DNA of 32,113 nt from IMG/VR virus record IMGVR_UViG_2721755710_000003; one strand, 5' to 3'. Source of the stretch: a virus (taxonomy: Duplodnaviria > Heunggongvirae > Uroviricota > Caudoviricetes). The first letter of the stretch is position 1. Each line of letters starts with the position of its first letter. Below are positions 1 to 9,359 of this stretch, in pieces. The notes below the pieces were generated by a model. The model worked only from the letters and a program-made list of their open reading frames with translations, searched no databases and had not been told where the DNA came from. A program made the position numbers and the translations under genes.

Positions 1-276
1 TTACCGACTGCGGCCTGAGTTTTTTAAGTGACGTAAAATCGTGTTGAGGCCAACGCCCATAATGCGGGCAGTTGCCCGGCATCCAACGCCATTCATGGCC
101 ATATCAATGATTTTCTGGTGCGTACCGGGTTGAGAAGCGGTGTAAGTGAACTGCAGTTGCCATGTTTTACGGCAGTGAGAGCAGAGATAGCGCTGATGTC
201 CGGCGGTGCTTTTGCCGTTACGCACCACCCCGTCAGTAGCTGAACAGGAGGGACAGCTGATAGAAACAGAAGCCAC
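1..276 (-). CDS. insA: IS1 InsA (transposition repressor / N-terminal transposase component), complete 91 aa
   Basis: The ORF translation [43 protein letters not shown]... matches IS1 InsA as I recall it, with a zinc-finger CxxC...CxxC and an HTH region. The stop codon is at 1-3 on the minus strand. Confidence 0.92.
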
Positions 277-331
277 TGGAGCACCTCAAAAACACCATCA
301 TACACTAAATCAGTAAGTTGGCAGCATCACC
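1..331 (-). mobile_element. IS1, partial: insA-proximal end with terminal inverted repeat; the rest of the element lies beyond the window start
   Basis: Reverse complement of 281-331 reads GGTGATGCTGCCAACTTACTGATTTAGTGTATGATGG..., which I recognise as the IS1 left terminal repeat, and the adjacent ORF is InsA. The element boundary at 331 abuts phage gene A sequence. Confidence 0.9.
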
Positions 332-2317
332 GAGCGTGTGAATCAGCGCCATGAAATGAACACCGACGCGTCGTTGCTGTTTCTGGCAGAGCGTGACCAC
401 TATGCGCGCCTGCCGGGAATGAATGACAAGGAGCTGAAAAAGTTTGCCGCCCGTATCTCATCGCAGCTTTTCATGATGTATGAGGAACTCAGCGATGCCT
501 GGGTGGATGCACATGGCGAAAAAGAATCGCTGTTTACGGATGAGGCGCAGGCTCACCTCTATGGTCATGTTGCTGGCGCTGCACGTGCTTTCAATATTTC
601 CCCTCTCTACTGGAAAAAATACCGTAAAGGACAGATGACCACGAGGCAGGCATATTCTGCCATTGCCCGTCTGTTTAACGATGAGTGGTGGACTCATCAG
701 CTTAAAGGCCAGCGTATGCGCTGGCATGAGGCGTTACTGATTGCTGTCGGGGAGGTGAATAAAGACCGTTCTCCTTATGCCAGTAAACATGCCATTCGTG
801 ATGTGCGTGCACGCCGCCAGGCAAATCTGGAATTTCTTAAATCGTGTGACCTTGAAAACAGGGAAACCGGCGAGCGCATCGACCTTATCAGTAAGGTGAT
901 GGGCAGTATTTCTAATCCTGAAATTCGCCGGATGGAGCTGATGAACACCATTGCCGGTATTGAGCGTTACGCCGCCTCAGAGGGTGATGTGGGGATGTTT
1001 ATCACGCTGACCGCGCCGTCAAAGTATCACCCGACACGTCAGGTTGGAAAAGGCGAAAATAAAACCGTCCAGCTTAATCACGGCTGGAATGATGAGGCAT
1101 TTAATCCAAAGGATGCGCAGCGTTATCTCTGCCGTATCTGGAGCCTGATGCGCACGGCATTCAAGGATAATGATTTACAGGTCTACGGTTTGCGAGTCGT
1201 CGAGCCACACCACGACGGAACGCCGCACTGGCATATGATGCTTTTTTGTAATCCACGCCAGCGTAACCAGATTATCGAAATCATGCGCCGCTATGCGCTC
1301 AAAGAGGATGGCGACGAAAGAGGAGCCGCGCGAAACCGTTTTCAGGCAAAACACCTTAACCGGGGCGGTGCTGCGGGATATATCGCGAAATACATTTCAA
1401 AAAATATCGACGGCTATGCACTGGATGGTCAGCTCGATAACGATACCGGCAGACCGCTGAAAGATACTGCGGCGGCTGTTACCGCATGGGCGTCAACGTG
1501 GCGCATCCCGCAATTTAAAACGGTTGGCCTGCCGACAATGGGAGCTTACCGTGAGCTACGTAAATTGCCTCGCGGCGTCAGCATTGCTGATGAATTTGAC
1601 GAACGCGTGGAGGCTGCACGCGCCGCCGCAGACAGTGGCGATTTTGCGTTGTATATCAGCGCGCAGGGCGGGGCAAATGTCCCGCGCGATTGTCAGACTG
1701 TCAGGGTCGCCCGTAGCCCGTCGGATGACGTTAACGAATACGAGGAAGAAGTCGAGAGAGTGGTCGGCATTTACGCGCCGCATCTCGGCGCGCGTCATAT
1801 TCATATCACCAGAACGACGGACTGGCGCATTGTGCCGAAAGTTCCGGTCGTTGAGCCCTTGACTTTAAAAAGCGGCATCGCCGCGCCTCGGAGTCCTGTC
1901 AATAACTGTGGAAAGCTCACCGGTGGTGATACTTCGTTACCGGCTCCCACACCTTCTGAACACGCCGCAGCAGTGCTTAATCTGGTTGATGACGGTGTTA
2001 TCGAATGGAATGACCCGGAGGTCGTGAGGGCGCTCAGGGGCGCATTAAAATACGGGCTGAGAACACCAAATCGTCAGCAGAGAAACGGAAGCCCGTTAAA
2101 ACCACATGAAATTGCACCATCGGCCAGACTGACCCGGTCGGAAAGAATGCAAATTACCCGTATCCGCGTTGACCTTGCTCAGAACGGTATCAGGCCGCAG
2201 CGATGGGAGCTTGAGGCGCTGGCGCGTGGCGCGACCGTAAATTATGACGGGAAAAAATTCACGTATCCGGTCGCTGATGAGTGGCCGGGATTCTCAACAG
2301 TAATGGCGCGGATATAA
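332..2317 (+). pseudogene. A: Replication initiation protein GpA (rolling-circle HUH endonuclease), 5'-truncated by the IS1 insertion; about 100 N-terminal codons missing
   Basis: The frame is open from the IS1 boundary, with the first possible start a GTG at 338 and no ATG. The translation contains the HUH motif (PHWHMMLF) and the tyrosine motif (GYIAKYISKN). At about 660 aa it is shorter than the roughly 760 aa I recall for P2 GpA. Confidence 0.85.
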
Positions 2318-2673
2318 TGACAAAGATTCACAAAGTAAAGCTGCACGCAAGATATTTCAACCTTGTGCTGGAGGGAAAAGAAACGCACAGAATTTAGGGG
2401 GATAGCCGTTATCATGTGTATGAAGCACTTGAAATGTATCTGCATCACTTGGGAGTGTGTCAACGGGGAATTTCCATCTATGTGATTTTTTGAGAGCAAT
2501 GCAGTGAAGATAAAGATACTTATTATAAATCAATGTGATAGATGGTGCCTCGCAAACGTAAATGATAGTTTTGAAGCTTCAGGGCTGATGTCGTTCATAA
2601 GACTATGTTTACGCTATCATTTATGATAAAAATAATTAATTTTTATCATAAAGATTCAACAGAGGATATGTTG

Positions 2674-4179
2674 ATGAATCAACTAAAATCAATGAATATC
2701 AATAAGTTACTTTTGGATGTTGATAACCCTCGTTTCCCGACGTCAGCAGAAAATCAGCGTGATGCTATTGCCAAGATGCTTGACTTGCAGTACGACCGCA
2801 TTTATCGCTTGGCTAAAGATATTGCTTCGAAAGGTTTAGATCCGTCTGAAAACATATTAGTTTATCCTAGTGAAGAGGAATCTGGCTTTTTCGTCGTTGC
2901 TGAAGGTAATCGTCGAGTTACAGCCCTTAAACTTTTACACTCTCCTAGACTTGCACCAACAGAAAAAGCACGGAAAGCTTTTGAAAAACTTAAGATTACT
3001 CAGCTTAAAGATATTAATGTTATAGATAACTGCGTTCTTTTTGACGATGATGAATATGAGCATTGGGTCAATTTAAAGCATACTGGTCAAAATGCTGGAG
3101 TTGGAAGAGTTGAATGGACTGCAACAGAAAAAGCACGACATCTGGCTAGGATGGGTAAGCAGTCATTTGGTAATCAAATACTTACATTTATAGAGTTCAA
3201 TACTGATTTATATAAAGAGATAATTGCTAAAAAAAGACTTTTAAAAATCACAAACATCACGCGTCTTTTTGGTGATTTAAAGGTGAGGGATTATTTTAAT
3301 TTAAAAAGCATTAATGGAGTTCTATACTCATATCAGCCTTATGAACGTTTTTGTGTACAATTAAAAAATATTTTAGATGTAATGATTGAAGAGGATGATA
3401 AAGGTAAGGCTTGTTTTACTGTTAATAGGATTCGTAGCCAAGATGACAGGGTTACATTTATTATTGAACAAAAAATAAAACCTTCAGAATCTCTTTTAGA
3501 TAAGCCGTGGAGTTTACTAGAGCCTAAATCTTTTCTTACAGAGAAAAAACATGATTCTATTGACAAAAATGATGCATCTGTGAGTGTAAAGAAAGTAGGT
3601 CTTTCAGAAGGTGATGCCTTAAAGAATACAGGTGTGGATAAACAGGAAGATGATTATTCTAGACATGTAGGCACAGAAGAGAGTAAATCTAAAGTTTCGG
3701 GTACGGAACAGAATAAAAACAAGGGAAAAACTCCTCCTAAAGTAGATCGTAATGTGTTGGTGCCATCTTATGTGAAATTTAATTTTAGAGGGCATAAGAA
3801 ATGCTCTAGAATATTTAATGAGCTTAAGTCGCATCTGACATTTGATAACACCCCTAATGCTATCTCAATATTGTTGAGAATATTTATAGATCTCTCTGTA
3901 AGCACTTTTGTTGAAGAAAACAAGTTACAATTTAAGGAACCACATAGAACTCCAGGGCTTCATGATAAGGTTAAAATGTGTGCTAATTTCCTTCGGGAAA
4001 ATAAAAAGATGACGGGGAGTCAATGTACGGCTGTAATAACTTTCTCGAGCCAAATAACTAAACATGATGGTTCATTGCAGCAGTATGTACATAACCCACA
4101 CTTAATTCCCTCAAAAGAGGCTGTCAACACTGAGTGGGATAACTTTGAGTTGTTATTAAGCCTTATTTGGAGTGAGTGA
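2674..4179 (+). CDS. Accessory protein with an N-terminal ParB/Srx-superfamily domain (DUF262/DGQHR-like), a K/E/S-rich linker and an uncharacterised C-terminal domain
   Basis: The translation has INKLLLDVDNPRF followed by GFFVVAEGNRRVTALKLL, the ParB-type box pattern. The gene is strongly AT-rich. AGAGGA at 2661-2666 sits 7 nt upstream of the ATG at 2674; the ORF is open from 2605, with an alternative ATG at 2668, so the exact start is uncertain. Confidence 0.6.
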   Translation: MNQLKSMNINKLLLDVDNPRFPTSAENQRDAIAKMLDLQYDRIYRLAKDIASKGLDPSENILVYPSEEESGFFVVAEGNRRVTALKLLHSPRLAPTEKARKAFEKLKITQLKDINVIDNCVLFDDDEYEHWVNLKHTGQNAGVGRVEWTATEKARHLARMGKQSFGNQILTFIEFNTDLYKEIIAKKRLLKITNITRLFGDLKVRDYFNLKSINGVLYSYQPYERFCVQLKNILDVMIEEDDKGKACFTVNRIRSQDDRVTFIIEQKIKPSESLLDKPWSLLEPKSFLTEKKHDSIDKNDASVSVKKVGLSEGDALKNTGVDKQEDDYSRHVGTEESKSKVSGTEQNKNKGKTPPKVDRNVLVPSYVKFNFRGHKKCSRIFNELKSHLTFDNTPNAISILLRIFIDLSVSTFVEENKLQFKEPHRTPGLHDKVKMCANFLRENKKMTGSQCTAVITFSSQITKHDGSLQQYVHNPHLIPSKEAVNTEWDNFELLLSLIWSE

Positions 4180-4191
4180 GATTTGTCTACA

Positions 4192-4211
4192 TCTGGACAT
4201 GGATGTCCAGA
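4192..4211. promoter_or_regulatory. Perfect 9-bp inverted repeat with 2-bp spacer (TCTGGACAT gg ATGTCCAGA) in the 69-bp gap between the two cassette genes; candidate operator
   Basis: Read directly from the sequence. It lies about 37 bp upstream of the methyltransferase ATG and just upstream of its GAGAGGGA ribosome-binding site. Confidence 0.4.
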
Positions 4212-4248
4212 AACTGATAAACTACAAAATCAGGAATGAGAGGGATTT

Positions 4249-5133
4249 ATGAAATTTTATACTCCATTAAGATACCCCGGCGGGAAAGGTAAGTTATCTT
4301 ACTTTTTAAAAGATGTTATTGAAAAAAACTCGTTGAATGATGGAGCATATGCAGAACCTTACGCTGGTGGTGCAGGGGTGGCTTTAGAATTATTATTGGA
4401 AGAGTATGTCCGTAAAATCTATATAAATGATGCAGATTTTGCTGTTTATTCTTTTTGGTCATCTGTTGTTAGTGATACTGATGAGCTTTGCCGACTTATT
4501 AGCCGAGCAAAGATAGATATGGATGAATGGTCTTTTCATCGCTATGTTATTTCGAATCCTTCTGAGTTTACTAAGCTTGAGGTTGGCTTTGCTGCGTTTT
4601 TCTTAAATAGAACAAATCGTTCAGGTATTCTCAAGGCGGGGGTTATAGGCGGGAAATCACAAAATGGAAAATGGAAAATGGATGTTCGCTTTAACAGGGC
4701 GGATTTAATTTCAAGAATTGAGAAGATAGCAAATTATAATCAAAGAATAGTAGTAACTAATCTGGATGCTTTGGATTTTCTTGATGCCTTGAATTTTATG
4801 GATAATATGGGAAAGGTGGATAAAAATAAAATTCTTTTGTATTTGGATCCTCCTTACTATATTAAAGGGCAAGGGCTTTACAGGAATTTTTATGAGCATG
4901 ATGACCATGTATTGGTTATGAAGAAACTCACAGAAATTAATTTCCCAAATTGGCTTGTTTCTTATGATAACGCTAAGGAAATTAAAGATATTTATAATGG
5001 ATTTCCGCAAGTTGAGTATTCATTGCAATATACAGCGCATCTCAAAAAATCTGGAGAGGAAGTGATGATTTTTTCTCCTGAAATAATTATTCCTAATACC
5101 CTGAAAGGGGTCTCAATGCCAACTTGCGCCTGA
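4249..5133 (+). CDS. Dam-family (D12 class) N6-adenine DNA methyltransferase, 294 aa
   Basis: Motifs align with E. coli Dam as I recall it: PLRYPGGKGK (Dam LKWAGGK), EPYAGGAGV (Dam EPFVGAGSV), FFLNRTNRSG (Dam FLYLNRYGYNG) and the catalytic LYLDPPYY (DPPY). The gene is AT-rich with a GAGAGGGA ribosome-binding site. Confidence 0.8.
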   Translation: MKFYTPLRYPGGKGKLSYFLKDVIEKNSLNDGAYAEPYAGGAGVALELLLEEYVRKIYINDADFAVYSFWSSVVSDTDELCRLISRAKIDMDEWSFHRYVISNPSEFTKLEVGFAAFFLNRTNRSGILKAGVIGGKSQNGKWKMDVRFNRADLISRIEKIANYNQRIVVTNLDALDFLDALNFMDNMGKVDKNKILLYLDPPYYIKGQGLYRNFYEHDDHVLVMKKLTEINFPNWLVSYDNAKEIKDIYNGFPQVEYSLQYTAHLKKSGEEVMIFSPEIIIPNTLKGVSMPTCA

Positions 5134-5280
5134 TTTTACTTATTTTTTGTCAGTAAGTAATTAGTTTGGTGCATTTATTTGCATTCATTTTTAAATGCCA
5201 GTTCTGGTATCTAACATCAGTGCTGGCGCATTCTAACCATTACTGCTGCACTGCATTTAAAGCCCTGCATGAAGCGGGCG

Positions 5281-5299
5281 GGCGAGGCGGGGAAAGCAC
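5281..5299. other. cos: Phage cos site (19-nt cohesive-end sequence GGCGAGGCGGGGAAAGCAC)
   Basis: Exact match to the P2 cohesive-end sequence as I recall it, located between the accessory cassette and the 3' end of Q, where cos lies in P2. Confidence 0.8.
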
Positions 5300-5466
5300 T
5301 GCGCGCTGACGGTGGTGCTGATTGTATTTTTTCAGCGTCTCAGCGCGTCGTGACGGCACTTAGTCTGCCCGTTGAGGCGTTGTGTGTCTGCGGGGTGTTT
5401 TGTGCGGTGGTGAGCGTGTGAGGGGGGATGACGGGGTGTAAAAAAGCCGCCCGCAGGCGGCGATGT

Positions 5467-6501
5467 TCAGTCGTTGTCAGTGTCCAGTGAGTAGTTTTTA
5501 AAGCGGATGACCTCCTGACCGAGCCAGCCGTTTATCTCGCGGATCCTGTCCTGTAACGGGATAAGCTCATTGCGGACAAAGACCTTTGCCACTTTCTCAA
5601 TATCACCCAGCGACCCGACGTTCTCCGGCTTGCCACCCATCAACTGAAAGGGGATGCGGTGCGCGTCCAGCAGGTCAGCGGCGCTGGCTTTTTTGATATT
5701 AAAAAAATCGTCCTTCGTCGCCACTTCACTGAGGGGGATAATTTTAATGCCGTCGGCTTTCCCCTGTGGGGCATAGAGAAACAGGTTTTTAAAGTTGTTG
5801 CGGCCTTTCGACTTGACCATGTTTTCGCGAAGCATTTCGATATCGTTGCGATCCTGCACGGCATCGGTGACGTACATGATGTATCCGGCATGTGCGCCAT
5901 TTTCGTAATACTTGCGGCGGAACAACGTGGCCGACTCATTCAGCCAGGCAGAGTTAAGGGCGCTGAGATATTCCGGCAGGCCGTACAGCTCCTGATTAAT
6001 ATCCGGCTCCAGCAGGTGAAACACGGAGCCGGGCGCGAAGGCTGTCGGCTCGTTGAAGGACGGCACCCACCAGTAAACATCCTCTTCCACGCCACGGCGG
6101 GTATATTTTGCCGGTGAGGTTTCCAGTCTGATGACCTTACCGGTGGTGCTGTAACGCTTTTCCAGAAACGCATTACCGAACACCAGAAAATCCAGCACAA
6201 AGCGGCTGAAATCCTGCTGGGAAAGCCATGGATGCGGGATAAATGTCGAGGCCAGAATATTGCGTTTGACGTAAATCGGCGAGCTGTGATGCACGGCAGC
6301 CCGCAGGCTTTTTGCCAGACCGGTAAAGCTGACCGGTGGCTCATACCATCTGCCGTTACTGATGCACTCGACGTAATCCAGAATGTCACGGCGGTCGAGT
6401 ACCGGCACCGGCTCACCAAAGGTGAATGCCTCCATTTTCGGGCCGCTGGCGGTCATTGTTTTTGCCGCAGGTTGCGGTGTTTTCCCTTTTTTCTTGCTCA
6501 T
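5467..6501 (-). CDS. Q: Portal protein GpQ, 344 aa
   Basis: Translation and length match P2 GpQ as I recall it. Its start overlaps the stop of P by 1 nt. Confidence 0.93.
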   Translation of the reverse strand: MSKKKGKTPQPAAKTMTASGPKMEAFTFGEPVPVLDRRDILDYVECISNGRWYEPPVSFTGLAKSLRAAVHHSSPIYVKRNILASTFIPHPWLSQQDFSRFVLDFLVFGNAFLEKRYSTTGKVIRLETSPAKYTRRGVEEDVYWWVPSFNEPTAFAPGSVFHLLEPDINQELYGLPEYLSALNSAWLNESATLFRRKYYENGAHAGYIMYVTDAVQDRNDIEMLRENMVKSKGRNNFKNLFLYAPQGKADGIKIIPLSEVATKDDFFNIKKASAADLLDAHRIPFQLMGGKPENVGSLGDIEKVAKVFVRNELIPLQDRIREINGWLGQEVIRFKNYSLDTDND

Positions 6502-8273
6502 CAGTAAAACTCCAGAATGGTGGATGTCAGCGGGGTGCTGATACCGGCGGTGAGTGGCTCATTTAACAGGGCGTGCATGGTCGCCCAGGCGAGGTCGGCG
6601 TGGCTGGCTTCCTCGCTGCGGCTGGCCTCATAGGTGGCGCTGCGTCCGCTGCTGGTCATGGTCTTGCGGATAGCCATAAACGAGCTGGTGATGTCGGTGG
6701 CGCTGACGTCGTATTCCAGACAGCCACGGCGGATAACGTCTTTTGCCTTGAGCACCATTGCGGTTTTCATTTCCGGCGTGTAGCGGATATCACGCGCGGC
6801 GGGATAGAACGAGCGCACGAGCTGGAACACGCCGACACCGAGGCCGGTGGCATCAATACCGATGTATTCGACGTTGTATCTTTCGGTGAGTTTGCGGATG
6901 GATTCCGCCTGGGTGGCAAAGTCCATGCCTTTCCACTGGTGACGCTCAAGTATTCTGAATTTGCCACCGGCCACCACCGGCGGTGCCAGTACCACGCATC
7001 CGGCGCTGTCGCCACGGTGTGACGGGTCGTAACCAATCCATACCGGGCGGGAGCCGAACGGATTGGCGGCAAACGGCGCATAGTCTTCCCATTCTTCCAG
7101 CGTGTCGACCATGCAGCGTTGCAGCTCCTCGAACGGGAACACCGATGCCTTGTCGTCAACAAATTCACACATGAACAGGTTTTTAAAATCGTCGGCGCTG
7201 TTTTCGCGTTTGAGCTGCTCAATGTCGAACAGCGTGCAGCCGCCTTTCAGGGCGTCCTCAATGGTGACAATCTGTCGCCACTGGCCGTCCGCACAGAGAA
7301 GCCCACCGGCAAGGGCGTTATGACTGACGTCGATTTCCACGCGTTCGGCGGCGCTGGCGCGTCCCCGGTTAAACAGTTCACCCGACCAGAACGGGTAGGC
7401 GTCGTGCGCCAGCGTGGACGGGGTGGAGAAATAGGTCGAGCGCAGGTGACTCTGTGAGGCCATACCTGATGCCACCTTACGCAGTACCTGAAAATTCGGG
7501 ATCCAGAAAATCTCATCGACGTACAGGTCGCCGTTATGACTCTGCGCGGTGTTGGAGTTGGTGCCGAGAAAAATCAGTTTTGCGCCGTTATTGCCCAGGA
7601 CAATCGGGTCACCGGTCAGGTCAACGTCAACCAGACGGGCAAAGGCGATGATGTATTCGCGGAACACATACGCCTGCGTTTTACTGGCCGACAGAAAAAT
7701 CTGGTTATGACCGGTTTTCAGGGCACGCAGCAGCGCCTCGCGGGAAAAATAAAACGTCGCGCCAATCTGGCGGGATTTCAGGATATCGCGGATGCGGTGC
7801 TCAAGCCCGGCACGATACCAGTGCAGCTGATAGTCGAAAGACTGCTCAAAGAAAATCTGCTCCAGCTTTTCGATGGCCTCGTCACTGAAAAAATTCTTTT
7901 TCGGTTTGCGCCGTCCGCCTTTGTTACGGTTAGCGACGTTCGGATTAAGGTCTGCCTCGTTGCCGGTCTGGCTGTAGCGGTTGACCCGTGCCAGTCGTTC
8001 AATCTGGCGTCCCAGCAGGTCAATTTCCTTGAAGTCACCGCCGGTTTTCTGTGGTTTGATGATGAGCTGGGTCAGCCGCGCTTCCAGACTCATTTCGACA
8101 CGGCTGATGGGGGCAACGCTGTCCCAGCCGTCGCGCTGTTTCCAGCTCTGCACTGTCGGGCGTTTCATCTGCAACATGGCGGCAATCTGCGGCACGGAAA
8201 ACCCCTGCCAGTACAGCAGCGCCGCCTGACGACGCGGGTCGTGTAAAAGAGTGGTGTCTGTGGTGATGGTCAT
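6501..8273 (-). CDS. P: Terminase large subunit (ATPase/endonuclease) GpP, 590 aa
   Basis: The ORF is open from 8303, but the P2-like protein starts at MTITTDTTLLHDPRR, giving 6501..8273. Gene order and size match P2 GpP. Confidence 0.92.
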   Translation of the reverse strand: MTITTDTTLLHDPRRQAALLYWQGFSVPQIAAMLQMKRPTVQSWKQRDGWDSVAPISRVEMSLEARLTQLIIKPQKTGGDFKEIDLLGRQIERLARVNRYSQTGNEADLNPNVANRNKGGRRKPKKNFFSDEAIEKLEQIFFEQSFDYQLHWYRAGLEHRIRDILKSRQIGATFYFSREALLRALKTGHNQIFLSASKTQAYVFREYIIAFARLVDVDLTGDPIVLGNNGAKLIFLGTNSNTAQSHNGDLYVDEIFWIPNFQVLRKVASGMASQSHLRSTYFSTPSTLAHDAYPFWSGELFNRGRASAAERVEIDVSHNALAGGLLCADGQWRQIVTIEDALKGGCTLFDIEQLKRENSADDFKNLFMCEFVDDKASVFPFEELQRCMVDTLEEWEDYAPFAANPFGSRPVWIGYDPSHRGDSAGCVVLAPPVVAGGKFRILERHQWKGMDFATQAESIRKLTERYNVEYIGIDATGLGVGVFQLVRSFYPAARDIRYTPEMKTAMVLKAKDVIRRGCLEYDVSATDITSSFMAIRKTMTSSGRSATYEASRSEEASHADLAWATMHALLNEPLTAGISTPLTSTILEFY

Positions 8274-8446
8274 GAATACCTCGCCGTGATGAATACACGG
8301 CAAGGCTACTGAGTCGCGCCCCGCGATTCGCTAAGGTGCTGTTGTGTCAGTGATAAGCCATCCGGGACTGATGGCGGAGGATGCGCATCGTCGGGAAACT
8401 GATGCCGACATGTGACTCCTCTAATCACTATTCAGGACTCCTGACA
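8274..8446. promoter_or_regulatory. Divergent P/O intergenic region, expected to carry the two Ogr-dependent late promoters
   Basis: Position only, between divergently transcribed P and O. I could not find a perfect TGT-N12-ACA dyad by eye; the nearest is TGT-N12-CAC at 8411-8428. Confidence 0.4.
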
Positions 8447-9301
8447 ATGGCAAAAAAAGTCTCAAAATTCTTTCGTATCGGCGTTGAGGGTGACACCTGT
8501 GACGGGCGTGTCATCAGTGCGCAGGATATTCAGGAAATGGCCGAAACCTTTGACCCGCGTGTCTATGGTTGCCGCATTAACCTGGAACATCTGCGCGGCA
8601 TCCTGCCTGACGGTATTTTTAAGCGTTATGGCGATGTGGCCGAACTGAAGGCCGAAAAGATTGACGATGATTCGGCGCTGAAAGGCAAATGGGCGCTGTT
8701 TGCGAAAATCACCCCGACCGATGACCTTATCGCGATGAACAAGGCCGCGCAGAAGGTCTACACCTCAATGGAAATTCAGCCGAACTTTGCCAACACCGGC
8801 AAATGTTATCTGGTGGGTCTGGCCGTCACCGATGACCCGGCAAGCCTCGGCACGGAATACCTGGAATTCTGCCGCACGGCAAAACACAACCCCCTGAACC
8901 GCTTCAAATTAAGCCCTGAAAACCTGATTTCAGTGGCAACGCCTGTTGAGCTGGAATTTGAAGACCTGCCTGAAACCGTGTTCACCGCCCTGACCGAAAA
9001 GGTGAAGTCCATTTTTGGCCGCAAACAGGCCAGCGATGATGCCCGTCTGAATGACGTGCATGAAGCGGTGACCGCTGTTGCTGAACATGTGCAGGAAAAA
9101 CTGAGCGCCACTGAGCAGCGCCTCGCTGAGATGGAAACCGCCTTTTCTGCACTTAAGCAGGAGGTGACTGACAGGGCGGATGAAACCAGCCAGGCATTCA
9201 CCCGCCTGAAAAACAGTCTCGACCACACCGAAAGTCTGACCCAGCAGCGCCGCAGCAAAGCCACCGGCGGTGGCGGTGACGCCCTGATGACGAACTGCTG
9301 A
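8447..9301 (+). CDS. O: Capsid scaffolding protein GpO, 284 aa
   Basis: Translation from MAKKVSKFFRIGVEGDTCDGR matches P2 GpO as I recall it; the ORF is open further upstream from 8381. Confidence 0.93.
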   Translation: MAKKVSKFFRIGVEGDTCDGRVISAQDIQEMAETFDPRVYGCRINLEHLRGILPDGIFKRYGDVAELKAEKIDDDSALKGKWALFAKITPTDDLIAMNKAAQKVYTSMEIQPNFANTGKCYLVGLAVTDDPASLGTEYLEFCRTAKHNPLNRFKLSPENLISVATPVELEFEDLPETVFTALTEKVKSIFGRKQASDDARLNDVHEAVTAVAEHVQEKLSATEQRLAEMETAFSALKQEVTDRADETSQAFTRLKNSLDHTESLTQQRRSKATGGGGDALMTNC

Positions 9302-9359
9302 CCGGCGTCAGCCAGTCCGGGAAAACCTTCACGATTAACCCTTAATTTCAGGAAAAACT

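Noticed and set aside
1524-1862. 112-aa plus-strand ORF and 82-aa minus-strand ORF inside A
   Set aside because: Embedded in the A coding region with no independent signals.
2605-2673. The first 23 codons of the 524-aa ORF as drawn (MFTLSFMIKIINFYHKDSTEDML)
   Set aside because: There is no ribosome-binding site upstream of 2605, whereas AGAGGA sits 7 nt before the ATG at 2674. The extension is probably untranslated leader, though this is not certain.
5136-5160. Short AT-rich hairpin (TTACTTA ... TAAGTAA) just after the methyltransferase stop, considered as a terminator
   Set aside because: The 7-bp all-A/T stem with an 11-nt loop is too weak to call; a T-run is present but the stem stability is doubtful.
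2318-5280. Possibility that the cassette genes are P2 tin/old
   Set aside because: P2 Old is an N-terminal Walker-A ATPase with a TOPRIM domain. Neither cassette protein has a Walker A motif, and the second is clearly a DPPY methyltransferase.
6573-8298. Multiple 60-236 aa ORFs on both strands inside P
   Set aside because: All lie entirely within the well-supported terminase large-subunit gene; this is the usual GC-rich alternate-frame open reading.
8381-8446. N-terminal extensions of O (from 8381), L (from 13806), X (from 14306), V (from 18156), P (to 8303) and ogr (from 31832) as drawn in the ORF track
   Set aside because: The conserved protein N-termini begin at internal ATGs (for example MAKKVSK for O and MFHCPLCQ for ogr); the extensions overlap upstream genes or intergenic promoters.
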